Assembly: GCA_000146045.2 (NCBI GenBank)
Contig: BK006934.2
Span: 1-64,000, forward strand
Direction: 5' to 3'
DNA from: TPA_inf: Saccharomyces
Taxonomy: Eukaryota
Length of the DNA: 64,000 nucleotides
A model generated the notes under the pieces. That model saw only the letters and a program-made list of their open reading frames with translations, was not told the origin of the DNA and did not search any database. Both the position numbers and the translations under genes were made by a program. Numbering within the stretch: position 1 is the stretch's first letter; the number at the start of each line of letters is the position of its first letter. This document shows, piece by piece, positions 1 to 10,213 of this stretch.

Positions 1-35
1 CCCACACACACCACACCCACACACCACACCCACAC
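1..35. repeat. Terminal telomeric repeat, (C1-3A)n on the + strand = TG1-3 on the - strand; left telomere end
   Basis: Seen directly: cccacacacaccacacccacacaccacacccacac at the window start, the irregular C1-3A pattern characteristic of S. cerevisiae telomeres. Confidence 0.9.
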
Positions 36-245
36 TTTTCACATCTACCTCTACTCTCGCTGTCACTCCTTACCCGGCTTTCTGACCGAAATTAAAAAAA
101 AAAAAATGAAAATGAAACCCTGTTCTTTAGCCCTACAACACTTCTACATAGCCCTAAATAGCCCTAAATAGCCCTCATGTACGTCTCCTCCAAGCCCTGT
201 TGTCTCTTACCCGGATGTTCAACCAAAAGCTACTTACTACCTTTA

Positions 246-256
246 TTTTATGTTTA
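246..256 (+). promoter_or_regulatory. Perfect ARS consensus (ACS, WTTTAYRTTTW) match, ttttatgttta, inside the Y' element. Candidate Y' ARS.
   Basis: Exact 11/11 match. Y' elements are known to carry an ARS. Flanking AT-rich sequence could serve as a B element. Confidence 0.4.
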
Positions 257-444
257 CTTTTTATAGGTTGTCTTTTTATCCTACTCTTTCCCACTTGTCT
301 CTCGCTACTGCCGTGCAACAAACACTAAATCAAAACAGTGAAATACTACTACATTAAAACGCATATTCCCTAGAAAAAAAAATTTCTTACAATATACTAT
401 ACTACACAATACATAATCACTGACTTTCGTAACAACAATTTCCT

Positions 445-2235
445 TCACTCTCCAACTTCTCTGCTCGAATCTCTACATAGTAATATTATATCAAATCTAC
501 CGTCTGGAACATCATCGCTATCCAGCTCTTTGTGAACCGCTACCATCAGCATGTACAGCGGTACCCTCGTGTTATCTGCAGCGAGAACTTCAACGTTTGC
601 CAAATCAAGCCAATGTGGTAACAACCACACCTCCGAAATCTGCTCCAAAAGATATTCCAGTTTCTGCCGAAATGTTTTATTGTAGAACAGCCCTATCAGC
701 ATCGACAGGAATGCCGTCCAATGCGGCACTTTAGATGGGGTAACTCCCAGCGCAAGCTGATCTCGCAAGTGCATTCCTAGACTTAATTCATATCTGCTCC
801 TCAACTGTCGATGATGCCTGCTAAACTGCAGCTTGACGTACTGCGGACCCTGCAGTCCAGCGCTCGTCATGGAACGCAAACGCTGAAAAACTCCAACTTT
901 CTCGAGCGCTTCCACAAAGACCGTATCGTCTTTTGCCTCCCATTCTTCCTGGCACTTTTTCTCGTCCCAGTTCAAAAAGTACTGCAGCACCTCTGTCTTC
1001 GATTCACGCAAGTTGCTCCATACTTTATAATACAACTCTTTGATCTGCCTTCCAGACATGCGGAAAACTTGGCTCCCTTGCTTGCCTCTTGTCGAATCCA
1101 ATACACTAATTGTTTCTCTTCTTCTAGTAATGGCCAGGTACCAAGCATAATTTCTCTGTATCTGAGAGTAGATCTCTCTCCTTTTTACGCTAAAAAATTT
1201 CAAATACCCTACAGGGTCCCCATGATATGGCTCGATGTCTTCCAAGTATTCTTTGTATTCCTCGTCATTTCGCAGCATTCTCTCCACAGCTAGTGCTTCC
1301 CAAGCCATCCTCCGATACGATACTTTCTGGCCAGCCCAACAGACACAGAGCTCGAACATCTTTTGACAGCCCTTGCATAATCCGTATTGTGTGAATACGC
1401 CCTCTGGGCAGAAGTATATGTCAATACCATAGAGGAAAAGATGTTTAATTTCGTCAGACCGAAATCCAAGAAACTGTAAGACATTCATATTCTCGGAAGT
1501 ATTGGGAAATTGTGCTTTCAGTTTCTTTCTCTCTAGCAAAACCATTTGACTCCCTTTCCGCTTATACGGCTCTTTGTTAATGTCGGTGACTGGATGGAAT
1601 CTATTATCCTCAGCATTGCCATCTTTATTGGCGTCCTCCTTGGCACTAGCGTTGGTACTTTCAGTGGTAGTAGCATTAGTGCTGGAGTTGGTGCTAGCAG
1701 TGGTAGTAGCATTAGTGCTGGAGTTGGTACTTTCAGTGGTAGTAGCATTAGTGTTGGAGTTGGTACTTTCAGTGGTAGTCGCACTAGTCCTGACGTTGAT
1801 GCTGGCAGTGGTAGTCGCACTAGTCCTGACGTTGATGCTGGCAGTAGTAGTAGCACTAGTCCTGACGTTGGTGCTGGCAGTGGTAGTAGCATTAGTGCTG
1901 GAGTTGGTAGTCGCATTGGTACTGGCGTTAGTACTGGCATTAGCACTACCATGAATGCACGTGTCGCTGTCCTCATCACTGCTGCAATACTTTCTGTACC
2001 TGTCACTGCTATTGCTCTCCTGGAAGCTAGACGGTAACGCAACGATCGACATGGAAGCTGTCGCCTGATTTTCAGCCAATCTGTCCATTCTTTCTATCAG
2101 TTCCACTGTGTCAGCAGACAGGTCTGTCCTGGAGCCACAGCATCCAACATGCTGGCCCTTTTTTCCTTTCTTTGATTCAAGTCCATAGAACTCGCGTACC
2201 TGTTCGGTTATACAGCCTTCCTTAATTGGTGGCAA
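445..2235 (-). CDS. YHL050C: Y' element helicase C-terminal portion, the continuation of the Y'-Help1 ORF in a different frame. It contains the 12-aa (36-bp) [12 protein letters not shown] tandem repeats.
   Basis: 596 aa ORF. Upstream of its first Met the same frame reads ...[24 protein letters not shown], continuous with the intact Y' helicase sequence, so 445-3671 is one gene split by a frameshift or intron. Confidence 0.8.
1600..1930. repeat. 36-bp in-frame minisatellite (at least 7 imperfect copies) inside the Y' helicase ORF
   Basis: Units agtggtagtagcattagtgctggagttggtactttc, agtggtagtcgcactagtcctgacgttgatgctggc and similar, repeated head to tail. They encode 12-aa repeats on the - strand and spawn spurious ORFs in other frames. 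Confidence 0.85.
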
Positions 2236-3671
2236 TTCACCCTTACGATTCCTTGCGGCCCAACTGTTTTTTCTAGATAATAGATAACAGAGCCCCCCCC
2301 CCCATCTCTTAGTCTCCCTACGCCTTGAATGAGCTCAATAATATTAAGTCTATTATCAAGCATGATCACCATCATCAATTGCTTAATGTCAATTCCTTCA
2401 GTCACTAATTTTGTTCCGATGAGAACTCGCATGCTACCGTCAGTGACAAACTCCTTTGTGCGAGACACCTTTTCTGCAGCACCCAGCTTCCCGTGTATCC
2501 ATACCACCCTAAAATACTTTCTCCAAGAGCAGGCCAATTCTTCCACTTCGTTGGTTGTGCTTGCAACTACAATGGCCTTCGACTCTGGTTCACTTTCAAA
2601 GAGGGCTAAAAGAAGCTTCAGTGCTTCTTCGGGCTGTGATTCCACTTTCTTCCGAATTTTATGAACATGCCCTAAAGGCACCTTGGATTTCTCCTTGATT
2701 AGATTAAACATCCGTGTTGGATAGCTGGATAGACCTCTGCTGAGATCTTCCGACCGTTTGAGCTCGTTGATGTCCATCGACTTCTTGGCCAGTCCCGTAA
2801 GCCCAATACGCTGCAACGCAGCATCAGCAACAGCCTCAGGGGCTGTGCCGCTCAAAAAGATTGCTTTCTCAAAAGCGTCAAAATCAAGGTTAGTTATGCC
2901 CCCAAATTGCGACTGCCGGTAGACCTCCGTTTCAAAGTTGTGCAACTCATCTACAATGAGGTAACCCAATTTTACGTTGTTGGTCCTAAAGGTGCACTCA
3001 ACAATATTCTCCCACGCAGCTATCCTGTCTGTGAAATTAGTGCTAGCAAGATCATCGTAGATCCCCACGTATAAATCAGTAACGCCATCGCAACCTTCTT
3101 CAATAAAGTTTCTTACAGGGGCCACATTCAAGCAACCGCATCGGCCCAACCTGATCATGCAATTAGCAAGCAACACTGTGTACGGTACAAACAGAAACGA
3201 CACATATTCCACGTCGCCCTTAGACGCCAGTGCTATCAAGGGGAGATGAAATAACTCCGTCTTACCATAGCCCGGTGGGGCCTGTACTGCCACAGAGGGT
3301 GTGTCTGCCATGTATATTTCATGACATAAGCGCAACTGATGCAAGTCCCTGAATTCAAAGGAGCTGCCAAAGAGTTTCTGGCCTGCGACGAGGATATCGT
3401 TTGTACTCTTGGGCTCTCGGGGCCTTTTTCGCGTTACTCTTGAAATTTTTTGATCATGATCTGAACTCGCCGCCTCACCTGCCACTACGTCTTCCGCATT
3501 CCGAGTACTAGAGAATGAACAATGGTAGTCGCTTTCAAGGCCTAACCATTGAATCCAGCGCTCGGAAGTGAGTCCGTCAAGCGTCTTTAGTCGAGGCTCC
3601 GATGAACCGTTCTTGTTGTATCGTCGACGTATACGTTGCGCTGTAGCTCTGGATAACGGTAAGCGTATCAC
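2208..3671 (-). CDS. YHL050C: Y' element helicase, N-terminal/helicase-core portion (DEAD/DEAH-like; GYGKTE Walker A, VDELH, SGT motifs). It is disrupted relative to intact YRF1 by a frameshift. The reference model, as I recall it, starts at Met121 (nt 3311) and joins this to the downstream ORF through a putative intron.
   Basis: ORF track 487 aa with motifs [26 protein letters not shown]. The C-terminus [13 protein letters not shown] diverges from intact Y' helicase ([33 protein letters not shown]) immediately after a G11 run. Confidence 0.8.
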
Positions 3672-3725
3672 CGTAAGCTCGTCAATTATTTTTGAGAGCC
3701 GCGGTCATTTTGTTAGTATCTCTTC

Positions 3726-4541
3726 TCAACTTGGGCAGCACACATGCAAAACATCACCCAATCGGTCCTTTTTGTTCATCATATCGTTACATATCTGTGA
3801 AAAGTACTTTATCTCAGTGGGTTTACGTGGGCATAGATCACGCTTCAGCCGCTCTGTGTCGACTTTCTTTTCGCCAGGTAAACTTGCTTGGTATGCAGAA
3901 AAAATCGATAGCTCATCTACGTGTAGTAACAAAAACATGTGGGGTGCCAAATTGTACCCATATTTCCTTATGGTGCTTTTCTGAAGACTCCTTACAATAG
4001 GTGCGCCAGAAACAAAGTCAGTGAAAGTACGCATCGTAGAGCTGTCGTTCGGCCTGGCACTCGCTATTTCGTGACAACGTTCCAGGACACGGAAACTCAA
4101 CTCATTATAGTATCCTCTGTTGAGGTAAAAAAGAGAAAGGGTATCGTAATCCTTTCTATTGAATTTCAAAGTATGCACTTGAAACAACGTGTAGACCATC
4201 AAGTTGATTTTCTTGGGAATAAGATACTTTGAAGGGATTGGTCCGCCCTGGAAATCTGGTTCGTCTTCAACAAACGTCAGGAACTTTTGTACATTTTTCC
4301 CGACCATGACGGAAACGACAATTTTTTCAAAAGACCTTTTCCTATCCATTGCACCAGTTCTGAATTTTACCACTTTGATTAGGCCAGACTTTTCGTCTTC
4401 GTAGAATGACCGCACTTCCGTGGGGATCGATTCAAATAAAGTTATTGAGGGACAATGTACCAAGTCGTTTTTGTTATTTAGAGCCGACTCAAACTCGTCA
4501 AAGTTTGCTTTTTCAAACTTACGCCTATCGGAAACTTTCAT
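3726..4541 (-). CDS. YHL049C: Y'-element-encoded protein (second Y' ORF), 271 aa, unknown function
   Basis: 271-aa ORF inside the Y' element downstream of the helicase ORF. Its position and length match the Y' ORF I recall as YHL049C. Confidence 0.6.
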   Translation of the reverse strand: MKVSDRRKFEKANFDEFESALNNKNDLVHCPSITLFESIPTEVRSFYEDEKSGLIKVVKFRTGAMDRKRSFEKIVVSVMVGKNVQKFLTFVEDEPDFQGGPIPSKYLIPKKINLMVYTLFQVHTLKFNRKDYDTLSLFYLNRGYYNELSFRVLERCHEIASARPNDSSTMRTFTDFVSGAPIVRSLQKSTIRKYGYNLAPHMFLLLHVDELSIFSAYQASLPGEKKVDTERLKRDLCPRKPTEIKYFSQICNDMMNKKDRLGDVLHVCCPS

Positions 4542-5059
4542 TTTATTTTTGTAAGTTTCGAAATTAACAATAGTATGTTGATTGTTATGCTTTTTGACAA
4601 GAAATCCATCAATATAAACAAAAGATTGTCCAGTTTCCGTCTTATCATCATCTAAGAATGTAATAATTAAGCTACTCTATTGAGAAGAAGCAGAATCTGC
4701 GCTATGCAGGTGCAAATCTCCAGCAGCAGCAAAGAAAATTCAGTTAATAAGAAATCTCACTAAGATAAGCGACTGTCTGTCCCAACATAGAAAACAGAAG
4801 GATGTCTCATTCATCGCTTGATTTCCGGCCTGCAAAAATAAAGCAGTCGGTACGTGCTTTCGTTTTCAATTTCCATGGTGCACAGTATCTTAACCGTCTG
4901 CTTAGTCGAGGAGAACCAGGATTCTGTTCGTTGCTCAGCCGCTTCGTGGATAAATTTTATTACCCCGCTGAGGTAGAGGAGCCCTTTTTGGCGTACCAAG
5001 TCACTTCCTAATGCTCCATGTCCCACCCACCATGTTGAAACGTTGACAAATGATCGTAA

Positions 5060-6360
5060 ATAATACACACGTACTTACCCACACACACCACATGCCACAC
5101 TCACTTGCACTTGTATACTGGTACGGCATACGCACACGGATGCTACAGTATATACCACTCTCAACTTACCCTACTTTCACATTCTACTCCACTCCATGAC
5201 CCATCTCTCACTAAATCAGTACTAAATGCACCCACATCATTATGCACGGCACTTGCCTCAGCGGTCTATACCCTGTGCCATTTACCCATAACGCCCACGA
5301 TTATCCACATTTTAATATCTATATCTCATTCGGCGGCCCCAAATATTGTATAACTGCTCTTAATACATACGTTATACCTCTTTTTCACCGTATACTAACC
5401 ACTCAATTTATATACACTTATGCCAATATTACAAAAAAATCACCACTAAAATCACCTAAACATAAAAATATTCTATCCTTCAACCATAGTACATAAACAC
5501 ACTCAATTGCGTATCAATACCACCATGACGTCATTAACTTAAATGTTCCTTAATACCGTCATACCACTATGCTCTATTCCATATATTGTAATATAACTGT
5601 ACTCTATAGTCATACAGACGCTTTTACTTCACCCTATCTTCTCATACTATTGTCATAGAATCTCACACTGACGCATGATTAAAACGAATAATTTTTACTA
5701 TAAGGCCTCCCATCCGTGCTCTACCCTTTTGTTTGCAATATTTATACAGAATCTCAAAGCAAGCGGGAGAAGTGGTGATTACCCAGATGTCATGCATGAT
5801 CTGAGCACCACCGTACCTCTAGGTTTTGCCTTGATCAATTTTACAGTGACACCAAGCATAAGGATAAAAAATGGTATTGAAAGGTTGTCCACATTTGTAA
5901 GTAACTTGGTTCTATGAATCTTCATGTCAGATACGTAGGACGGACTCTTTCCTGTGTAAATATTTGTGACAGCTACGTCTATTTTCTACTAGATGTTTAC
6001 ACAGTTTTGTCACAGGAAATCTACGCTTAAAATATGTATTTCATTCAAGCGGTAACCGCTGTACGAGCAGTGACATTGCTGGTCGCACCTTAAATGTAAA
6101 CCAAAGTTACGGCACACCGTGATGCACCCGCATTAAAGTTTTGTAAATTCGTTATTACGATTATCGAGTTGGCTAGATAGAAAACCGGAAATGAAATGGA
6201 TGCCCTTTTCGAATAGCTGAGTTTCTTTGCCTAAAATAGCCCAATATTGTTTCCCTTTTTCTATCACGAGGTTACTGAGCCATTGCATGAACGCGCGCGC
6301 CTCGGCGGCTTTTTTTTTCTGCTGTGCTGTATAAAAGCGAAAAGTCAGAAGTTACTATTT
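5060..6360. repeat. X-element-like subtelomeric region: degenerate internal telomeric repeats, subtelomeric repeats and a core-X-like segment. Boundaries are uncertain.
   Basis: cccacacacaccacatgccacactcac at about 5060-5105 is a degenerate TG1-3 junction. The AT-rich repeat at 5396-5500 recurs at 7690-7795. There is a 10/11 ACS-like match, ggtttacattta, on the - strand near 6098-6110. Confidence 0.45.
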
Positions 6361-6400
6361 CGAATAAAAAACCCCTCGAACTGCCATCTCACTACCGAAA

Positions 6401-7546
6401 ATGAAAGAGAATGAAGTCAAAGATGAGAAAAGCGTAGATGTGTTATCCTTCAAACAGCTCGAATTCCAAAAGACCGTTCTACCTCAAGATGTTTTCCGAA
6501 ACGAATTGACCTGGTTTTGTTATGAAATTTACAAGTCTTTAGCGTTTCGCATCTGGATGCTGTTATGGCTACCACTTAGCGTCTGGTGGAAACTTTCCAG
6601 CAATTGGATTCACCCACTTATAGTTTCACTTCTTGTCCTGTTCCTGGGACCATTTTTTGTCCTTGTTATTTGTGGACTTTCTCGTAAGCGTTCCTTATCG
6701 AAACAACTCATTCAGTTTTGCAAAGAGATTACTGAAGACACACCAAGTTCGGATCCTCATGATTGGGAAGTCGTTGCAGCAAATCTAAATTCGTACTTCT
6801 ATGAAAATAAGACTTGGAATACCAAGTACTTTTTTTTCAATGCCATGAGCTGCCAAAAAGCGTTTAAAACAACCCTTCTCGAACCCTTCTCTTTAAAAAA
6901 AGACGAATCTGCAAAGGTTAAGTCATTTAAGGATTCCGTTCCTTATATCGAAGAGGCCTTGCAAGTGTATGCTGCAGGATTTGACAAAGAGTGGAAGCTG
7001 TTTAATACTGAGAAGGAAGAGAGTCCTTTCGACCTGGAAGACATTCAGCTCCCCAAAGAAGCTTACCGATTTAAGCTTACCTGGATTCTTAAAAGGATTT
7101 TCAACCTGCGGTGTTTACCACTCTTCCTTTATTATTTTTTAATTGTCTACACGTCTGGAAATGCTGACCTTATATCACGTTTCTTGTTTCCGGTAGTAAT
7201 GTTTTTTATCATGACGAGAGATTTCCAAAATATGAGGATGATTGTTTTATCCGTGAAAATGGAACACAAGATGCAGTTCTTGTCAACTATTATAAATGAG
7301 CAAGAAAGTGGTGCGAATGGATGGGACGAAATTGCAAAGAAAATGAATAGGTATTTGTTTGAGAAAAAAGTCTGGAATAATGAAGAGTTTTTCTACGATG
7401 GACTTGACTGCGAATGGTTTTTTAGGCGCTTTTTCTATCGTCTCTTATCTTTAAAAAAACCTATGTGGTTTGCTTCGTTGAACGTTGAGCTATGGCCATA
7501 CATTAAAGAAGCGCAATCGGCCCGCAATGAGAAGCCCCTAAAGTAG
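6401..7546 (+). CDS. COS8: COS (DUP380) family subtelomeric membrane protein, 381 aa
   Basis: 381-aa ORF with N-terminal TM helices and conserved COS motifs (NELTWFCYEIY...). It is paralogous to the ORFs at 14901-16119. Position and length match COS8. Confidence 0.85.
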   Translation: MKENEVKDEKSVDVLSFKQLEFQKTVLPQDVFRNELTWFCYEIYKSLAFRIWMLLWLPLSVWWKLSSNWIHPLIVSLLVLFLGPFFVLVICGLSRKRSLSKQLIQFCKEITEDTPSSDPHDWEVVAANLNSYFYENKTWNTKYFFFNAMSCQKAFKTTLLEPFSLKKDESAKVKSFKDSVPYIEEALQVYAAGFDKEWKLFNTEKEESPFDLEDIQLPKEAYRFKLTWILKRIFNLRCLPLFLYYFLIVYTSGNADLISRFLFPVVMFFIMTRDFQNMRMIVLSVKMEHKMQFLSTIINEQESGANGWDEIAKKMNRYLFEKKVWNNEEFFYDGLDCEWFFRRFFYRLLSLKKPMWFASLNVELWPYIKEAQSARNEKPLK

Positions 7547-8350
7547 GAACAAATGTTCCTTTTCCAAAATATACTATGTGTAGTTGATCGAATATCAGTA
7601 AGTCAAAACGTATTTTACTTGTTTATTATTATTAATACTCCTTTTCGCATATGTTTTATCACTTTACACCATACAATAACCACTAAATTCAAAAACACTT
7701 ATTTTCAATATTTGTTATAGAAAAATAACCACTAAAATCACCTAAATATAAAAATATTCTACCCTTTAGCAATAAGACTGAAACACTTTACTTGGGGTAA
7801 GAATACTGCCATGGTGTCATTAACATGAAAGTTCAATAATGTTTTCATACTAATCAATATGTACACAGGCTTCACATTAGAACATCATATATTAAAGCGG
7901 TAACTTAAAATCCAGATAATACATTTTTGGTCATATAAGTGCTTTTTTTTTGTAGGATATAATCGCAAATGATATCACTACACTATGACATATTGTTGAC
8001 GTAGTAAATTACGATTTAGCTTATATGTCATAATGTAGTAAGTTTATATATGTTATGTAAATGTAAGAATTACATAGGTACTGTTTTTGTACACAGAAGC
8101 TATAATTTCTCAAGTACTACCGGATTAGAGGTTTGCTACAATACGTTTTCCACTATATGTTTTCTATGTGTGAAACATTACTGAAACATTACTCATATTA
8201 CGCTTTTGTGTTATCACATTAAACATATACATGGTAACAAATATTACTATCACTTATCTTGCTTCATCTTATGTACCATACAAAAATTACTGCGCATATC
8301 AGAGATCATTTTTTCGAACACATATCCTGTTGGGGTTTTGTAAATCTTTC

Positions 8351-10213
8351 TTATGACCTGCCTAAGGCCTTTGCAAAACGTTTCGCGATCCAGTCATTGA
8401 TAGGATCATCTTCCTTGGTTTGGACATATTCTCTGTCAGGTAACTTTTGGGCAAAATCTTCAGTCAACCGAGGATCTCTTACGCAGAATGTTAGAAGGAA
8501 CATAGGCGCTGAAAATACAAGCGCAACAATAACTTCGTATTTTTGAACGTGTCTGTAAGCTTCAACCATCGCAGACCTAACTGGAGTACCCCAGGGATTG
8601 GAAAGAATAAAAGTTAGTGGTGAGCCATATGCTGCTGTAGCCAGGTCAGCGTCTCCCATGTAGTGCAATAATTTAGGGTACAATGACTGCGTCCATATGG
8701 CACCGGAAATGGCAGCTGCAACTGCTCCACCTATTCTGAAAACTGTATAGTTTAATGCTGTGACAGTAGCCATATTCTCATGGGATGTTACCGACTGAAT
8801 AGAAACAATTGTAGGATAATCGAATAAACAACTACTGAGACCCCAAATAACCATACCAGCAATTATACCTCCATCGGCGTCTTGACCTGACCTGTAGCGG
8901 TAAAATAGTCCCATAGTAATGAAATAAAGTGAGCCACCAAAAATAATATACGACTTCAATCTAGATGATCTCGTAACGATGAGCCCCAGAAATGGAGCAA
9001 CAACAGCAGTCACAAAAGAGTATAAGTTTATTATTCTTGTAGCTGAGGAAGCGCTCTCATCTACCGCAACTACTAGAATGGTGTAGAGATACCCAGCAGC
9101 CATTTGATATACAAAGCAGATAAAAAACATAATTCCCAATGGGGCCCACACGCCACGATCTTTTAGCAGCTTGAATGGAGCGAAAGGAACCAAAGCAAGT
9201 CGACTTTCCCAATATATGAAGCCTGGAACCAGGACAAAGCCAAGCACAAAGGGCCCGATAATCTTTGAATTTCTCCAATTTGTAGAGACGCCACCAGCAA
9301 GAGTGAGTGGTACAAGAATACAACCAACACCAGCAGTAAACAACAACACACCGACAACATCTAGCTTCCAGAACAACTGTACCAGCATTTGTACTAATCC
9401 GTGCGTTTGATAGTACGATTTTTCATCCTGTAATTCTTTCCATTCCACGTCATTTCTTACTTTCCATCTCATATGGAGCATACACAAAATCAATGGGATA
9501 CAGCATAGAGGGAAAATGAACGCCCACATAGCAATATTCCACGACCAGTTCTCTAACGGGTTTGCTGCCTCCACTACACTACCTGAGACCCACGTAGTGA
9601 TAATCGAGGGCCATGAAGGTATCAATGTGTAAAATAGCCTCCATTTTAATGAAGAATTATCAGACAACATCAAAACAACCTGTAGCATAACACCGACAAG
9701 TCCCACATAATAAAAGACAGCTCCAGCAGCATACCTCTGGACATCATATGCTTGAGATTGAATTATTGTACCCACAATGTAAAGTACAATGGATACAAGA
9801 AACAACGTTAGCCTTCCAAAGATATCTGATAACCCTCCAAAGATCACCTGTGAAACAGCAGATATCATTAGAACTATGACGCTTACTGTAGAAATGAGAG
9901 AATGTGCGGAGTACGAGTTCATTGCGTAGGTCATATATGTACCCCTTATGCTGCTATCTAATCCATAAGCGAAAGTGCAAATGAATGCAGAAAACAGGAA
10001 TATAGCTTTTAATTGCCAAGTATCATACTTTTTAGCCATTAGCTCAGACTTACGAATAATCAATGATTTTGTTCCCTTTAATTTATCTTTCATTTCATCT
10101 CTGGGCGACGAATCGTCATCCATCTTTTCATCAACCATCAGTTCATTACAATTTTTTTCAGTATTCTTACGCTTTGTTTGGCTAGAACGATTGTCTTCTG
10201 GGACTTCGATCAT
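8351..10213 (-). CDS. ARN2: ARN-family siderophore-iron transporter (major facilitator superfamily), 620 aa
   Basis: 620-aa multi-TM ORF, about 55% similar to the 627-aa ORF at 19088-20971 (shared QAYDVQRYAAGA, SHENMATVTALNYT). A TGCACCC (Aft1-type) motif lies upstream at 10654-10660. Confidence 0.85.
   Translation of the reverse strand: MIEVPEDNRSSQTKRKNTEKNCNELMVDEKMDDDSSPRDEMKDKLKGTKSLIIRKSELMAKKYDTWQLKAIFLFSAFICTFAYGLDSSIRGTYMTYAMNSYSAHSLISTVSVIVLMISAVSQVIFGGLSDIFGRLTLFLVSIVLYIVGTIIQSQAYDVQRYAAGAVFYYVGLVGVMLQVVLMLSDNSSLKWRLFYTLIPSWPSIITTWVSGSVVEAANPLENWSWNIAMWAFIFPLCCIPLILCMLHMRWKVRNDVEWKELQDEKSYYQTHGLVQMLVQLFWKLDVVGVLLFTAGVGCILVPLTLAGGVSTNWRNSKIIGPFVLGFVLVPGFIYWESRLALVPFAPFKLLKDRGVWAPLGIMFFICFVYQMAAGYLYTILVVAVDESASSATRIINLYSFVTAVVAPFLGLIVTRSSRLKSYIIFGGSLYFITMGLFYRYRSGQDADGGIIAGMVIWGLSSCLFDYPTIVSIQSVTSHENMATVTALNYTVFRIGGAVAAAISGAIWTQSLYPKLLHYMGDADLATAAYGSPLTFILSNPWGTPVRSAMVEAYRHVQKYEVIVALVFSAPMFLLTFCVRDPRLTEDFAQKLPDREYVQTKEDDPINDWIAKRFAKALGRS

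Larger units (their letters stand above)
36..5040 (-). repeat. Subtelomeric Y' element (about 5 kb, short class) carrying the Y' helicase ORFs and the YHL049C-like ORF; boundaries approximate
   Basis: The encoded proteins match the Y'-Help1/YRF1 family. A 36-bp minisatellite sits inside the ORF. TTAGGG (Tbf1) motifs lie near the distal end. Degenerate internal TG1-3 at about 5060-5105 marks the proximal junction. Confidence 0.75.

Noticed and set aside
1533-2042. Three extra ORFs (1546-2037 +, 1574-1954 +, 1533-2042 -) overlapping the Y' helicase
   Set aside because: All derive from the 36-bp minisatellite read in alternative frames and strands. Translations are pure repeats ([12 protein letters not shown]..., [10 protein letters not shown]...).
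5385-5400. Second TACTAAC match (cgtatactaacc) in the X-like region
   Set aside because: Located in subtelomeric repeat DNA with no flanking coding potential.
6098-6128. Aft1-like TGCACCC (6122-6128) and 10/11 ACS match in the X-like region
   Set aside because: The ACS near-match is plausible as the core-X ARS, but I cannot place core-X boundaries confidently. The TGCACCC there has no nearby iron-regulated gene and is likely chance.
8259-8546. 95-aa + strand ORF overlapping the 3' end of ARN2
   Set aside because: Overlaps the well-supported ARN2 ORF on the opposite strand. No motif. Probably spurious.
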